The notes under the pieces are model-generated. The model was not told where the DNA came from, made no database searches, and was given only the letters and a program-made list of their open reading frames with translations. A program made the translations under genes and the position numbers. This document shows, one piece after another, positions 24,147-35,200 of a DNA stretch of 64,000 nucleotides. Position 1 is the stretch's first letter; every line of letters begins with the position of its first letter. This stretch comes from Eledone cirrhosa (taxonomy: Eukaryota): the NCBI GenBank assembly GCA_964016885.1, contig OZ024761.1:11842001-11906000 (forward strand). The letters run 5' to 3'.

Positions 24147-25145
24147 ACTCTATATATACTATTGTATTTTCATGGTAAAGGCTTTACCTCACATAATACC
24201 TCACATAACATTTACATTACTCTATATATACTATTGTATTTTCATGGTAAAGGCTTTACCTCACATTATATCTCACATAACATTTACATTACTCTATATT
24301 TACTATTGTATTTTCATGGTAAAGGCTTTACCTCACATTATATCTCACATAACATTTACATTACTCTATATATACTATTGTATTTTCATGGAAAAGGCTT
24401 TACCTCACATAATATCTCACATAACATTTACATTACTCTATATATACTATTGTATTTTCATGGTAAAGGCTTTACCTCACATAATATCTCACATAACATT
24501 TACATTACTCTATATATACTATTGTATTTTCATGGTAAAGGCTTTACCTCACATAATATCTCACATAACATTTACATTACTCTATATATACTATTGTATT
24601 TTCATGGTAAAGGCTTTACCTCACATAATACCTCACATAACATTTACATTACTCTATATATACTATTGTATTTTCATGGTAAAGGCTTTACCTCACATAA
24701 TATCTCACATAACATTTACATTACTCTATATATACTATTGTATTTTCATGGTAAAGGCTTTACCTCACATAATATCTCACATAACATTTACATTACTCTA
24801 TATATACTATTGTATTTTCATGGTAAAGGCTTTACCTCACATAATACCTCACATAACATTTACATTACTCTATATATACTATTGTATTTTCATGGTAAAG
24901 GCTTTACCTCACATAATATCTCATAACATTTACATTACTCTATATATACTATTGTATTTTCACAGTAAAGGCTTTACCTCACATAATACCTCACATAACA
25001 TTTACATTACTCTATATATACTATTGTATTTTCACAGTAAAGGCTTTACCTCACATAATACCTCACATAACATTTACATTACTCTATATATACTATTGTA
25101 TTTTCACAGTAAAGGCTTTACCTCACATAATATCTCACATAACAT
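24147..25145. repeat. 72-bp minisatellite, 14 units (11 CATGG-type then 3 CACAGT-type)
   Basis: Variant switch coincides with a 2-bp deletion near 24921. Confidence 0.95.
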
Positions 25146-25356
25146 CTCGTATACGAGAGACGTGTGTTGACGTGTGTGAACAAGCTCGGCTACCGAGTCG
25201 GATTTACTTACTCAAAAAGTGAGTTTTGATTAATTTTTTTATACTGTAATATACGTTAACCCCTTGCCTTGGTCGTCAAACTTTGAGTTTATTTATTTTC
25301 GCCCCTTTTTGGGGCGAATTTTCCAGTTAAAAATTTATTACGGCAAACTAATAGAA

Positions 25357-27093
25357 ATGGACGGAATTTTCACATCTCATCCTAACGTGAAAGCCACGCC
25401 CCCTAAGAAAGGTGATACAGAGAAGCTAGAAGCACAAGGCTCTAAGTCTTCCCTCCTGACTTCTGCAAAAGAAACATGGAACACGGAATTAAAAGAAAAA
25501 TTTGAAAAAATGGGTGAAAACCCAGAAAGTCACATAAACGCAGACAAAAACAACAACGACAATAACAGCAATAGTCACAACACCAACCAAGGAAAAAATA
25601 ACGATAACACCAAACAAAGCGAACCCACTACTGGTACCTCCTTTGCACAGGCGGTCCGGAAAACACAAACCTGCAAGCAACTGGACATTACAACTCTGAG
25701 AGAAAAGATGAAGGAAGCGAAACAGTATGTAACTTTCAAAGAAGGAGGAGACTTCACAATCACCTCCCCACAAGAAATCAAAAGAGACACGACGCTAAGA
25801 ACGATATCTTTCAGAACAATTTCCAACATAACAAGGAAACCAACTCAATTATCCCAAAAAGAGATTGAGCTGGTCCTAAAAAATGTGTGGAGTGATATAT
25901 CGTTCATACAAAAAGGGCCACTCTATGGGAATATAACGGTCCTAATGAAGGATCAATTGACGGCCAGGAAATACTCTGTGGCACCAATTGTTTCCAAGCT
26001 ACATACATTTTTCCCCACATATTTAGGGAAAAGAACGCAGAAGATAAGGGTCTCCGGAATCCGGCCAAATGCATGCATTTCCTGGGTACTAACAGGGTTT
26101 TTAGAAGACGAGGACGGAATCCTCTCAGTAGGAGAAGTCACCACAGACGTTTTCGGCGGTTTGAGCGTGGAGGTTCTGGTCCAAATGAGACCAGAACGAA
26201 TCGCTAGAATACCACAGAGGGTGTCCCTCGATGGAGAAACATTTATATATATTTCAGCCGAGGGTAGGAGGCCCATATGTTACTACTGTTCAAGCAGGGG
26301 TCATCTAAGGGCTGCTTGTCCTCAATTGACAAAAAAAAAGGCTCTTTTGCCTACACCCCACACACCACCACCGCCACCACCACCACCACCTCCACCACCA
26401 CCACCACAACAACAACAAAAACAACAGGGAAAAATAACACAAGACACGGCCCCACCCAAAACAACTCCCAAAACACACACAAATACAACAAAACCCCAAA
26501 ATACACCACTACCCGACAGCACGGACGAGGATCCAGCGGAAACGGCACCTAGTGACGAAGAGGGGGAACCCTTCCAACCTGTAAAAAGGAAAAAAAGAAA
26601 GCACCACTCGAACATAAACGAAACAAACACACAACCACCAACAAAAACAAAACAAACAGAACAAACAAAATCCGCCCCACCCCAAAACATAACACATACA
26701 ACAAAACGTAAGCACACACAAGAACAACAAACAAACACAACACAAATAAAACAGTATACATACATTAACACAAATAACAAAGAACTAGTAAAAACAATAC
26801 ACAAAGACCCTTTGGTGGAAACTGAAGGACAATTCTTTGCAAGCGCGGCCAACAAACCGCATTTAAAAATGATAAGACTCCCAATGGACACCTATGCAAA
26901 ACTAAGAGAGAACTTTCCTGAGGACGTGGGGAAAACATGTACTCGACCCTATAACCGCGTCCTCTTGAAACGTTTCCCCACCCACACCTCACCAAACACC
27001 CCCACTCCACCACAGAACAACACCCCACCAAACAACCCCTCCAATACGCCCATGGATATTGTCCAACCTGCTCCTCAGGAGCCGAACAGGTAG
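25357..27093 (+). CDS. Tx1-like ORF1 (gag-like CCHC zinc knuckle, Pro/Thr-rich tail)
   Basis: First ATG at 25357 (the track start 25264 is a TTG); CX2CX4HX4C; basic KRKKRKH stretch. Confidence 0.88.
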   Translation: MDGIFTSHPNVKATPPKKGDTEKLEAQGSKSSLLTSAKETWNTELKEKFEKMGENPESHINADKNNNDNNSNSHNTNQGKNNDNTKQSEPTTGTSFAQAVRKTQTCKQLDITTLREKMKEAKQYVTFKEGGDFTITSPQEIKRDTTLRTISFRTISNITRKPTQLSQKEIELVLKNVWSDISFIQKGPLYGNITVLMKDQLTARKYSVAPIVSKLHTFFPTYLGKRTQKIRVSGIRPNACISWVLTGFLEDEDGILSVGEVTTDVFGGLSVEVLVQMRPERIARIPQRVSLDGETFIYISAEGRRPICYYCSSRGHLRAACPQLTKKKALLPTPHTPPPPPPPPPPPPPPQQQQKQQGKITQDTAPPKTTPKTHTNTTKPQNTPLPDSTDEDPAETAPSDEEGEPFQPVKRKKRKHHSNINETNTQPPTKTKQTEQTKSAPPQNITHTTKRKHTQEQQTNTTQIKQYTYINTNNKELVKTIHKDPLVETEGQFFASAANKPHLKMIRLPMDTYAKLRENFPEDVGKTCTRPYNRVLLKRFPTHTSPNTPTPPQNNTPPNNPSNTPMDIVQPAPQEPNR

Positions 27094-27114
27094 GTCCTTC
27101 CTCTTTTAACCAAC

Positions 27115-30100
27115 ATGGCTGATATAAGAGTTGGGTGTCTGAATGTACGTGGCCTGGGACTGTCTTGGAAACAAGGCAAACTTTTAAACGATCTCAGGTC
27201 GCATAGAATGGATGTAATGGCTATTTGCGAGTCCAGGATCAGCAGCGAGCACCAACTGGCGCCCCTCTTCGACGACTTTGAGATCTTCGCATCTCTCTGT
27301 CAACCGGGGGGTGGGGGTGGAGTTGTCGTTCTGCTGCGAAAACACCTGGGGCTCGCCATACAGAAGGTGCACCTGGACCCGGAGGGTCGACTGGTGGTTT
27401 TAGACGTCGGCAGTAGTGAAAGTGGAGCCCTTAGACTAATAGCTGTGTACGCCCCTTTTTGGGCAGCGCGGCCGGAATACTTCCAACGTCTGGAAACTTT
27501 TCTGGGAACGTCCCGCTCCTTGCTTTTAGTGGGGGACTGGAATGGTATCCTGGATGCACGTTGGGACTATGTAGGGGCATGTGCCAATAGAGGGGGGTGT
27601 AAAAGCCTCAAAAGGTTAATCGGCCGATTTGACCTGGCCGATAGATATCGACTAGATTTTCCGACTGTACCACTATGGACGTGGACCAATCGCAGTGGAA
27701 CATCTAGGTCGTACCTAGATAGGGTCCTAGTTAGAGAGAACGATAGGGACACATTTAGCTGTCCAAAAATGTTCATGGTTGACTATTCGGATCACAAGTT
27801 AGTGACCTGCATAGCCAACCTTGATAGAACCCATAGACAGGGACCCGGTTACTGGAAGCTGAACTTGTCCTTACCGAGAAGCAAAGCTTACAGTAAACGG
27901 ATTAGCACGTTAGTTAAGCAGAGTTTGACAGGGGCAATTGTCAACAACAGGTGGTGGAGCTCTCTTAAGAGAGCAATTAGAATAGAATCGATAGGTTTTA
28001 GTCAGGAATTAGCAAGGGATAGGAACAAGACGGAAAGGGAATTAGTAGATAGAGTAGAAGAGGCGATTAGGAGTGGCAATGTAGCCGGCGTGCTGGCATC
28101 AAGAATGGCCTTAGACCAGTTCTTTGAGGTGAAGCATGAAGGCTGCGTTGTCAGGAGTAAAATACGTGCTCTGGGTAATGAGGGAGCCAAAGCTGTAAGC
28201 TGGGCCCGAGTGACAGAGGCAAAAAGTGGGAACAAGTCCACGATTCGGTCTTTGAAGGACCAGGATGGGCGTGTGATCCTTGAACCTGGGCAGATGTGTG
28301 CGGCCTTTCAGCGGCACTTTGCACGACTGTTCGAGAGGGGCGGCGCGCCGGGTGAGACTATGGATTTCAATCCATACCTCGACGGTCTGCCGCGCCTCTC
28401 GGACGCGGAGGCGAAGTCCTGCGAAAGGACGATTTCAGCTGCTGAGATAGGGGCGGCGCTGAGCCAATGCGGCAAACGCAAATCCCCGGGTCTCGATGGT
28501 CTACCATACGAGCTATATGTAGCGATGCCGGACTTGTTCTCCGATATCCTCGAAGCGGTCTACTGCAACTGGCAGCAGAACGGGAGAATTCCCAGTTCTG
28601 TGACCAAGGGCGTAGTTACGCTGGTGAGGAAGGATGAGAACAAGGGGGATGACATAAGTAACTTCAGGCCCATAACTCTGCTAAATACAGAGTTAAAGAT
28701 TTTGGCCAAGGTGTTAGCGAAGAGGTTGGCGCTTGTCGTTGGAAACCTGGTGGGAGAAGCGCAGACATGCGCAATCCCGTCCAGGTCCATTCACGACAAT
28801 CTCCACCTTATGCGATACATCATAGAGAGGGTAGGGAATGAACCCGGCTTTGGTGGGGCCCTGATCAACTTGGATCAATCTAAAGCTTTCGATAGGGTTG
28901 ACCATCGTTACCTGGATGCGGTGCTCGCGGCGGCAGGCTTCGGACCCGTTTTCAGGGGTTGGATTGCTGCGATGCACAGCAGCAACGTCTGCTCAAGGGT
29001 CAAGGTGAACGGCCACCTCTCGGAGCCGTTCCAAATCATGCGATCCATCCGACAGGGATGCCCTCTCTCCTCCCTACTGTATGTGCTGGCTCTTGAGCCA
29101 CTACTGCGGAAGTTGGAGCGGTTGCAGGGCATCCCTTTGGAACCGGGATTGCAGAAAGCGGCGTCGGCCTACGCCGATGACGTGACAGTAATGGTGTCGA
29201 AAACCTCGCAAATCGGTGAGATCGGCACCTTACTGGAGGAATATGAAAGGTTTACAGGAGCCAAGCTGAACCGGGACAAGTCCGTCGGTTTGCAACTCGG
29301 AACATGGAGAGGCAAACCGATGCCCTCCAACGACGTCGTCGGACGCTGGACGGAGGGCCCGGTGAAGCTGCTTGGGGTCTGGTTCGGACCAGACCTCCAG
29401 GTGGAGAAAAACTGGAACGAGGTAACGGCCAGGGTGTTTGCACTCACCCAGAAGTGGGCCCAGTGCAAACTATCCCTGAAAGGTCGAGCGGAGGTGGCGA
29501 ATACTTATATAGCATCCGTCATCTACTACCGCTTGACCGTCGTGCCTTGCCCAGTGAAAAGACTCGCCAAAATGGAGTGCGCGCTGTTCCAATTTCTTTG
29601 GAACAAGCGGACCCCTTTGGTGAGGAGATCCATCTGCTGTCAACACCCTTCGAAAGGAGGGCTGGGGATGCCGTGGCTACAGATGCGTAAACACGCATTA
29701 AGGCTACGGCACCTCCAGGTATTCCTCACCGGTCAACCGGTGTGGGCCCCGTTTGTGAGGCGAGCCTTTCCCAGACTCGTCTCGCTCACCGAGCTGCAAT
29801 CCTGGGTCAAGCAAAGACCGAGAAAAGTGGGCGACTGGCACATTGAATGTGCCCAGGCGCTCACGGCCCTCTGGAAAGCGGACCCGGCAATCAGTGGAGA
29901 CTCCACCTCGACATTCTATAGAGGGTTGGTACGCAGCAGGTGCGACGATGCTCTCGGAGAAGCTCTAGGCATGGAGGAAGATGAACTGGCCAGTCTGTTC
30001 GGTAGGACGTTTGGCCCTGGACCGATGGACAACTTCCAAAAGTCCCTGGCTTGGCAGTGCTACCGAGGGGCTCTACCCGTTCGAGACAAGCTCCACAGGC

Positions 30101-30552
30101 ATGGGAGCCTGGGTAGAGATCCTTTGAATAAGATCTGTCCGAGATGCGTGCATGATGACGAAACCGTTGCGCACGCATTCGTACACTGCCCAGGCATTGC
30201 TGACCTGTGGGGCTATGTGGAACGACTACTGTCGAGGGTGGGACCAATCCGGTTGACCACCGAGTCCATTGTCACGATCAAACCGCCTCCCCCTTTCAAA
30301 AACGAAGGAGAGGCGGTTTTTCTCTGTGTGGTAGCCATGGCTAAAGAAGTTGTATGGTGGACGAGGCTGAAAGGGCTGAGGTCAGACACCTTTCTCTCCG
30401 GCCAACAACTGGTCCCCTTTTTCAAATACCATTTTAAAAGAAGGATCAGAATGGAGAGAGAGGTGCTCTACCCCAGCAAGTTTTATGAAAGGTGGGTGAA
30501 AGTAGGGAGAATGGCCAGAGTGAATGGGTCTTCTCTCTATATCAGCCTGTAG
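27115..30552 (+). CDS. Tx1-like ORF2 (APE-RT-zinc finger)
   Basis: 1145 aa; four amino-acid differences from copy 1 seen (N/K, V/G, K/E, T/I). Confidence 0.95.
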   Translation: MADIRVGCLNVRGLGLSWKQGKLLNDLRSHRMDVMAICESRISSEHQLAPLFDDFEIFASLCQPGGGGGVVVLLRKHLGLAIQKVHLDPEGRLVVLDVGSSESGALRLIAVYAPFWAARPEYFQRLETFLGTSRSLLLVGDWNGILDARWDYVGACANRGGCKSLKRLIGRFDLADRYRLDFPTVPLWTWTNRSGTSRSYLDRVLVRENDRDTFSCPKMFMVDYSDHKLVTCIANLDRTHRQGPGYWKLNLSLPRSKAYSKRISTLVKQSLTGAIVNNRWWSSLKRAIRIESIGFSQELARDRNKTERELVDRVEEAIRSGNVAGVLASRMALDQFFEVKHEGCVVRSKIRALGNEGAKAVSWARVTEAKSGNKSTIRSLKDQDGRVILEPGQMCAAFQRHFARLFERGGAPGETMDFNPYLDGLPRLSDAEAKSCERTISAAEIGAALSQCGKRKSPGLDGLPYELYVAMPDLFSDILEAVYCNWQQNGRIPSSVTKGVVTLVRKDENKGDDISNFRPITLLNTELKILAKVLAKRLALVVGNLVGEAQTCAIPSRSIHDNLHLMRYIIERVGNEPGFGGALINLDQSKAFDRVDHRYLDAVLAAAGFGPVFRGWIAAMHSSNVCSRVKVNGHLSEPFQIMRSIRQGCPLSSLLYVLALEPLLRKLERLQGIPLEPGLQKAASAYADDVTVMVSKTSQIGEIGTLLEEYERFTGAKLNRDKSVGLQLGTWRGKPMPSNDVVGRWTEGPVKLLGVWFGPDLQVEKNWNEVTARVFALTQKWAQCKLSLKGRAEVANTYIASVIYYRLTVVPCPVKRLAKMECALFQFLWNKRTPLVRRSICCQHPSKGGLGMPWLQMRKHALRLRHLQVFLTGQPVWAPFVRRAFPRLVSLTELQSWVKQRPRKVGDWHIECAQALTALWKADPAISGDSTSTFYRGLVRSRCDDALGEALGMEEDELASLFGRTFGPGPMDNFQKSLAWQCYRGALPVRDKLHRHGSLGRDPLNKICPRCVHDDETVAHAFVHCPGIADLWGYVERLLSRVGPIRLTTESIVTIKPPPPFKNEGEAVFLCVVAMAKEVVWWTRLKGLRSDTFLSGQQLVPFFKYHFKRRIRMEREVLYPSKFYERWVKVGRMARVNGSSLYISL

Positions 30553-31060
30553 GTGAAAGAAGAGGAAAAAGAGGAGACGAGGGAAGCACCTACTCTTTGT
30601 GCTCCTGAGGAGAAGGGTTACACATTTTTTCCGGGGTGTGTGCGACCCATGTTAATGCCCCCTCCCTATTGAGGACTTCGTTTGTTGTTGTTATTTCATT
30701 GTTATATTTTTGTACTCGTTAATTATATGTAAACTTCCCCCCTTGTATCTGTCCCTACCTTTTGTGCCCTAGTGGCAAATAAAGAAACCACTCTATATAT
30801 ACTATTGTATTTTCACGGTAAAGGCTTTACCTCACATAATATCGAATCTATGAGATTTTGAAAGTATTTATTTTGAGAACAATACCTTAACATCAGTATG
30901 AGTGACCAGTTTCAGCCAGTTTCAACAGAAAGAGGTGGAGGATTCTGGCCAGTTTTAACATTAAAGGGTTAAGTCAGTCAATGGCAACAACTGTTGCAGA
31001 AACAACCAACTTTGATCAATATCACAACAGACTTCAACAAATAGAAGAAGAAGAATAAAA

Positions 31061-31063
31061 CAT

Positions 31064-31122
<59 letters not shown>

Positions 31123-31425
31123 CACATGGATATATAGATATATACACACACAAACACATACATATATATATATATGTAGATATATATACATAGATATATA
31201 CACACATATATATATATACATAGATGTATACACACACATACACATATATATACACACATAATATATACATATATTCACACATAATATATACATATATTCA
31301 CACACATAATATATACATATATTCACACACATAATATATACATATATTCACACACATAATATATACATATATTCACACACATACATATATGTGGATATAT
31401 ATATCTTCGATTTTACTAAACTTCC

Positions 31426-31476
<51 letters not shown>

Positions 31477-31795
31477 TACACACACACACATATATACATA
31501 TATGGATACACATCCATATATATGGATACACACACACCTACACATAGATATACATACACCTACATATACAGACACAGACACACCTACATGTACAGATATA
31601 CACACAAACACACCTACATATATATTTATATATACACACACACCTACATATATACAGATATACACACACATACATATATATACAGATATACATACATATA
31701 TATATATACACACAGACACCCCTACATATACATATATATATATACACACACAGACACACCTACGTACATATATATATATATACACACACACCTAC
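31061..31795. repeat. Mixed (TA)/(CA) low-complexity tract
   Basis: Direct reading. Confidence 0.9.
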
Positions 31796-32231
31796 AAATC
31801 ACATCTACTATAATCAATAGATAATCTCATTATACAAGATGACATTCTTCAATAAACAAAAGGAAATTTATTCAAAATAGATTTTCTATGTAGATGACGC
31901 TGTGTGGTGTTTCTATAACATGTGGTATTTGTGGTGTGTGTATAATATATATATGTAACATGTGGTATTTGTGATGTGTGTATAATATACAGCTAACATG
32001 TGGTATTTGTGATGTGTGCATAATTTATATAGTTAACCATGAAGCAGCCTCACAGCTGGCTGGTTTGATATAATGTATTAGTCACACTACCAGTTGAATA
32101 GAAATGAAGAAACAAACAAAATTTACAGCACGTAGTGGCTTTCTCAGGTGTGTTAACGATAGACAGCCCATCCTGCCTTCCCATAGAAAGTTGCACATTC
32201 TAGGTTTCTCAGGTGTTTTAACGAGAATTTT

Positions 32232-35200
32232 GTCATAGACAGTGTCTTTCATTAGAAATATGGTAATGAAAGGGTTAATGACATAGACAGTGTCTTTCAT
32301 TAGAAATATGGTAATAAGAGGGTTAATGACATAGACAGTGTCTTTCATTAGAAATATGGTAATGAAAGGGTTAATGACATAGACAGTGTCTTTCATTAGA
32401 AATATGGTAATGAAAGGGTTAATGACATAGACAGTGTCTTTCATTAGAAATATGGTAATAAGAGGGTTAATGACATAGACAGTGTCTTTCATTAGAAATA
32501 TGGTAATAAGAGGGTTAATGACATAGACAGTGTCTTTCATTAGATATATGGTAATGAAAGGGTTAATGACATAGACAGTGTCTTTCATTAGAAATATGGT
32601 AATAAGAGGGTTAATGACATAGACAGTGTCTTTCATTAGAAATATGGTAATAAGAGGGTTAATGACATAGACAGTGTCTTTCATTAGAAATATGGTAATA
32701 AGAGGGTTAATGACATAGACAGTGTCTTTCATTAGAAATATGGTAATAAGAGGGTTAATGACATAGACAGTGTCTTTCATTAGAAATATGGTAATGAAAG
32801 GGTTAATGACATAGACAGTGTCTTTCATTAGAAATATGGTAATAAGAGGGTTAATGACATAGACAGTGTCTTTCATTAGAAATATGGTAATAAGAGGGTT
32901 AATGACATAGACAGTGTCTTTCATTAGAAATATGGTAATAAGAGGGTTAATGACATAGACAGTGTCTTTCATTAGAAATATGGTAATAAGAGGGTTAATG
33001 ACATAGACAGTGTCTTTCATTAGAAATATGGTAATAAGAGGGTTAATGACATAGACAGTGTCTTTCATTAGAAATATGGTAATAAGAGGGTTAATGACAT
33101 AGACAGTGTCTTTCATTAGAAATATGGTAATAAGAGGGTTAATGACATAGACAGTGTCTTTCATTAGAAATATGGTAATGAAAGGGTTAATGACATAGAC
33201 AGTGTCTTTCATTAGAAATATGGTAATAAGAGGGTTAATGACATAGACAGTGTCTTTCATTAGAAATATGGTAATAAGAGGGTTAATGACATAGACAGTG
33301 TCTTTCATTAGAAATATGGTAATAAGAGGGTTAATGACATAGACAGTGTATTTCATTAGAAATATGGTAATAAGAGGGTTAATGACATAGACAGTGTCTT
33401 TCATTAGAAATATGGTAATAAGAGGGTTAATGACATAGACAGTGTCTTTCATTAGAAATATGGTAATAAGAGGGTTAATGACATAGACAGTGTCTTTCAT
33501 TAGAAATATGGTAATGAAAGGGTTAATGACATAGACAGTGTCTTTCATTAGAAATATGGTAATGAAAAGGTTAATGGCATGGACAGTGTCTTTCATTAGA
33601 AATATGGTAATGAAAAGGTTAATGGCATGGACAGTGTCTTTCATTAGAAATATGGTAATAAGAGGGTTAATGACATAGACAGTGTCTTTCATTAGAAATA
33701 TGGTAATGAAAGGGTTAATGACATAGACAGTGTCTTTCATTAGAAATATGGTAATAAGAGGGTTAATGACATAGACAGTGTCTTTCATTAGAAATATGGT
33801 AATAAGAGGGTTAATGACATAGACAGTGTCTTTCATTAGAAATATGGTAATAAGAGGGTTAATGACATAGACAGTGTCTTTCATTAGAAATATGGTAATG
33901 AAAAGGTTAATGGCATGGACAGTGTCTTTCATTAGAAATATGGTAATAAGAGGGTTAATGACATAGACAGTGTCTTTCATTAGAAATATGGTAATAAGAG
34001 GGTTAATGACATAGACAGTGTCTTTCATTAGAAATATGGTAATAAGAGGGTTAATGACATAGACAGTGTCTTTCATTAGAAATATGGTAATAAGAGGGTT
34101 AATGACATAGACAGTGTCTTTCATTAGAAATATGGTAATAAGAGGGTTAATGACATAGACAGTGTCTTTCATTAGAAATATGGTAATAAGAGGGTTAATG
34201 ACATAGACAGTGTCTTTCATTAGAAATATGGTAATAAGAGGGTTAATGACATAGACAGTGTCTTTCATTAGAAATATGGTAATAAGAGGGTTAATGACAT
34301 AGACAGTGTCTTTCATTAGAAATATGGTAATAAGAGGGTTAATGACATAGACAGTGTCTTTCATTAGAAATATGGTAATAAGAGGGTTAATGACATAGAC
34401 AGTGTCTTTCATTAGAAATATGGTAATGAAAGGGTTAATGACATAGACAGTGTCTTTCATTAGAAATATGGTAATAAGAGGGTTAATGACATAGACAGTG
34501 TCTTTCATTAGAAATATGGTAATAAGAGGGTTAATGACATAGACAGTGTCTTTCATTAGAAATATGGTAATAAGAGGGTTAATGACATAGACAGTGTATT
34601 TCATTAGAAATATGGTAATAAGAGGGTTAATGACATAGACAGTGTCTTTCATTAGAAATATGGTAATAAGAGGGTTAATGACATAGACAGTGTCTTTCAT
34701 TAGAAATATGGTAATAAGAGGGTTAATGACATAGACAGTGTCTTTCATTAGAAATATGGTAATGAAAGGGTTAATGACATAGACAGTGTCTTTCATTAGA
34801 AATATGGTAATGAAAAGGTTAATGGCATGGACAGTGTCTTTCATTAGAAATATGGTAATGAAAAGGTTAATGGCATGGACAGTGTCTTTCATTAGAAATA
34901 TGGTAATAAGAGGGTTAATGACATAGACAGTGTCTTTCATTAGAAATATGGTAATGAAAGGGTTAATGACATAGACAGTGTCTTTCATTAGAAATATGGT
35001 AATAAGAGGGTTAATGACATAGACAGTGTCTTTCATTAGAAATATGGTAATAAGAGGGTTAATGACATAGACAGTGTCTTTCATTAGAAATATGGTAATA
35101 AGAGGGTTAATGACATAGACAGTGTCTTTCATTAGAAATATGGTAATGAAAAGGTTAATGGCATGGACAGTGTCTTTCATTAGAAATATGGTAATAAGAG

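Larger units (their letters stand above)
25146..30789 (+). mobile_element. Full-length Tx1-like retrotransposon, copy 2 (both ORFs intact)
   Basis: 5644 bp, near-identical to copy 1, identical 5' and 3' junctions. Confidence 0.93.
18017..30968. mobile_element. Expanded piggyBac-like MITE carrying a 72-bp minisatellite and two Tx1-like LINEs
   Basis: TTAA 18013-18016 then CCCTTTAGCATTTA; MITE body resumes at 30790 and ends TAAAGGG-TTAA (30969-30972). Confidence 0.82.

Noticed and set aside
24129-25170. 265-aa and 332-aa repetitive ORFs (also 18050-18556)
   Set aside because: Translations of the 72-bp minisatellite
18017-30968. LTR retrotransposon with the repeat arrays as LTRs
   Set aside because: ORF2 is APE-RT with no integrase or protease; the flanks are a minisatellite
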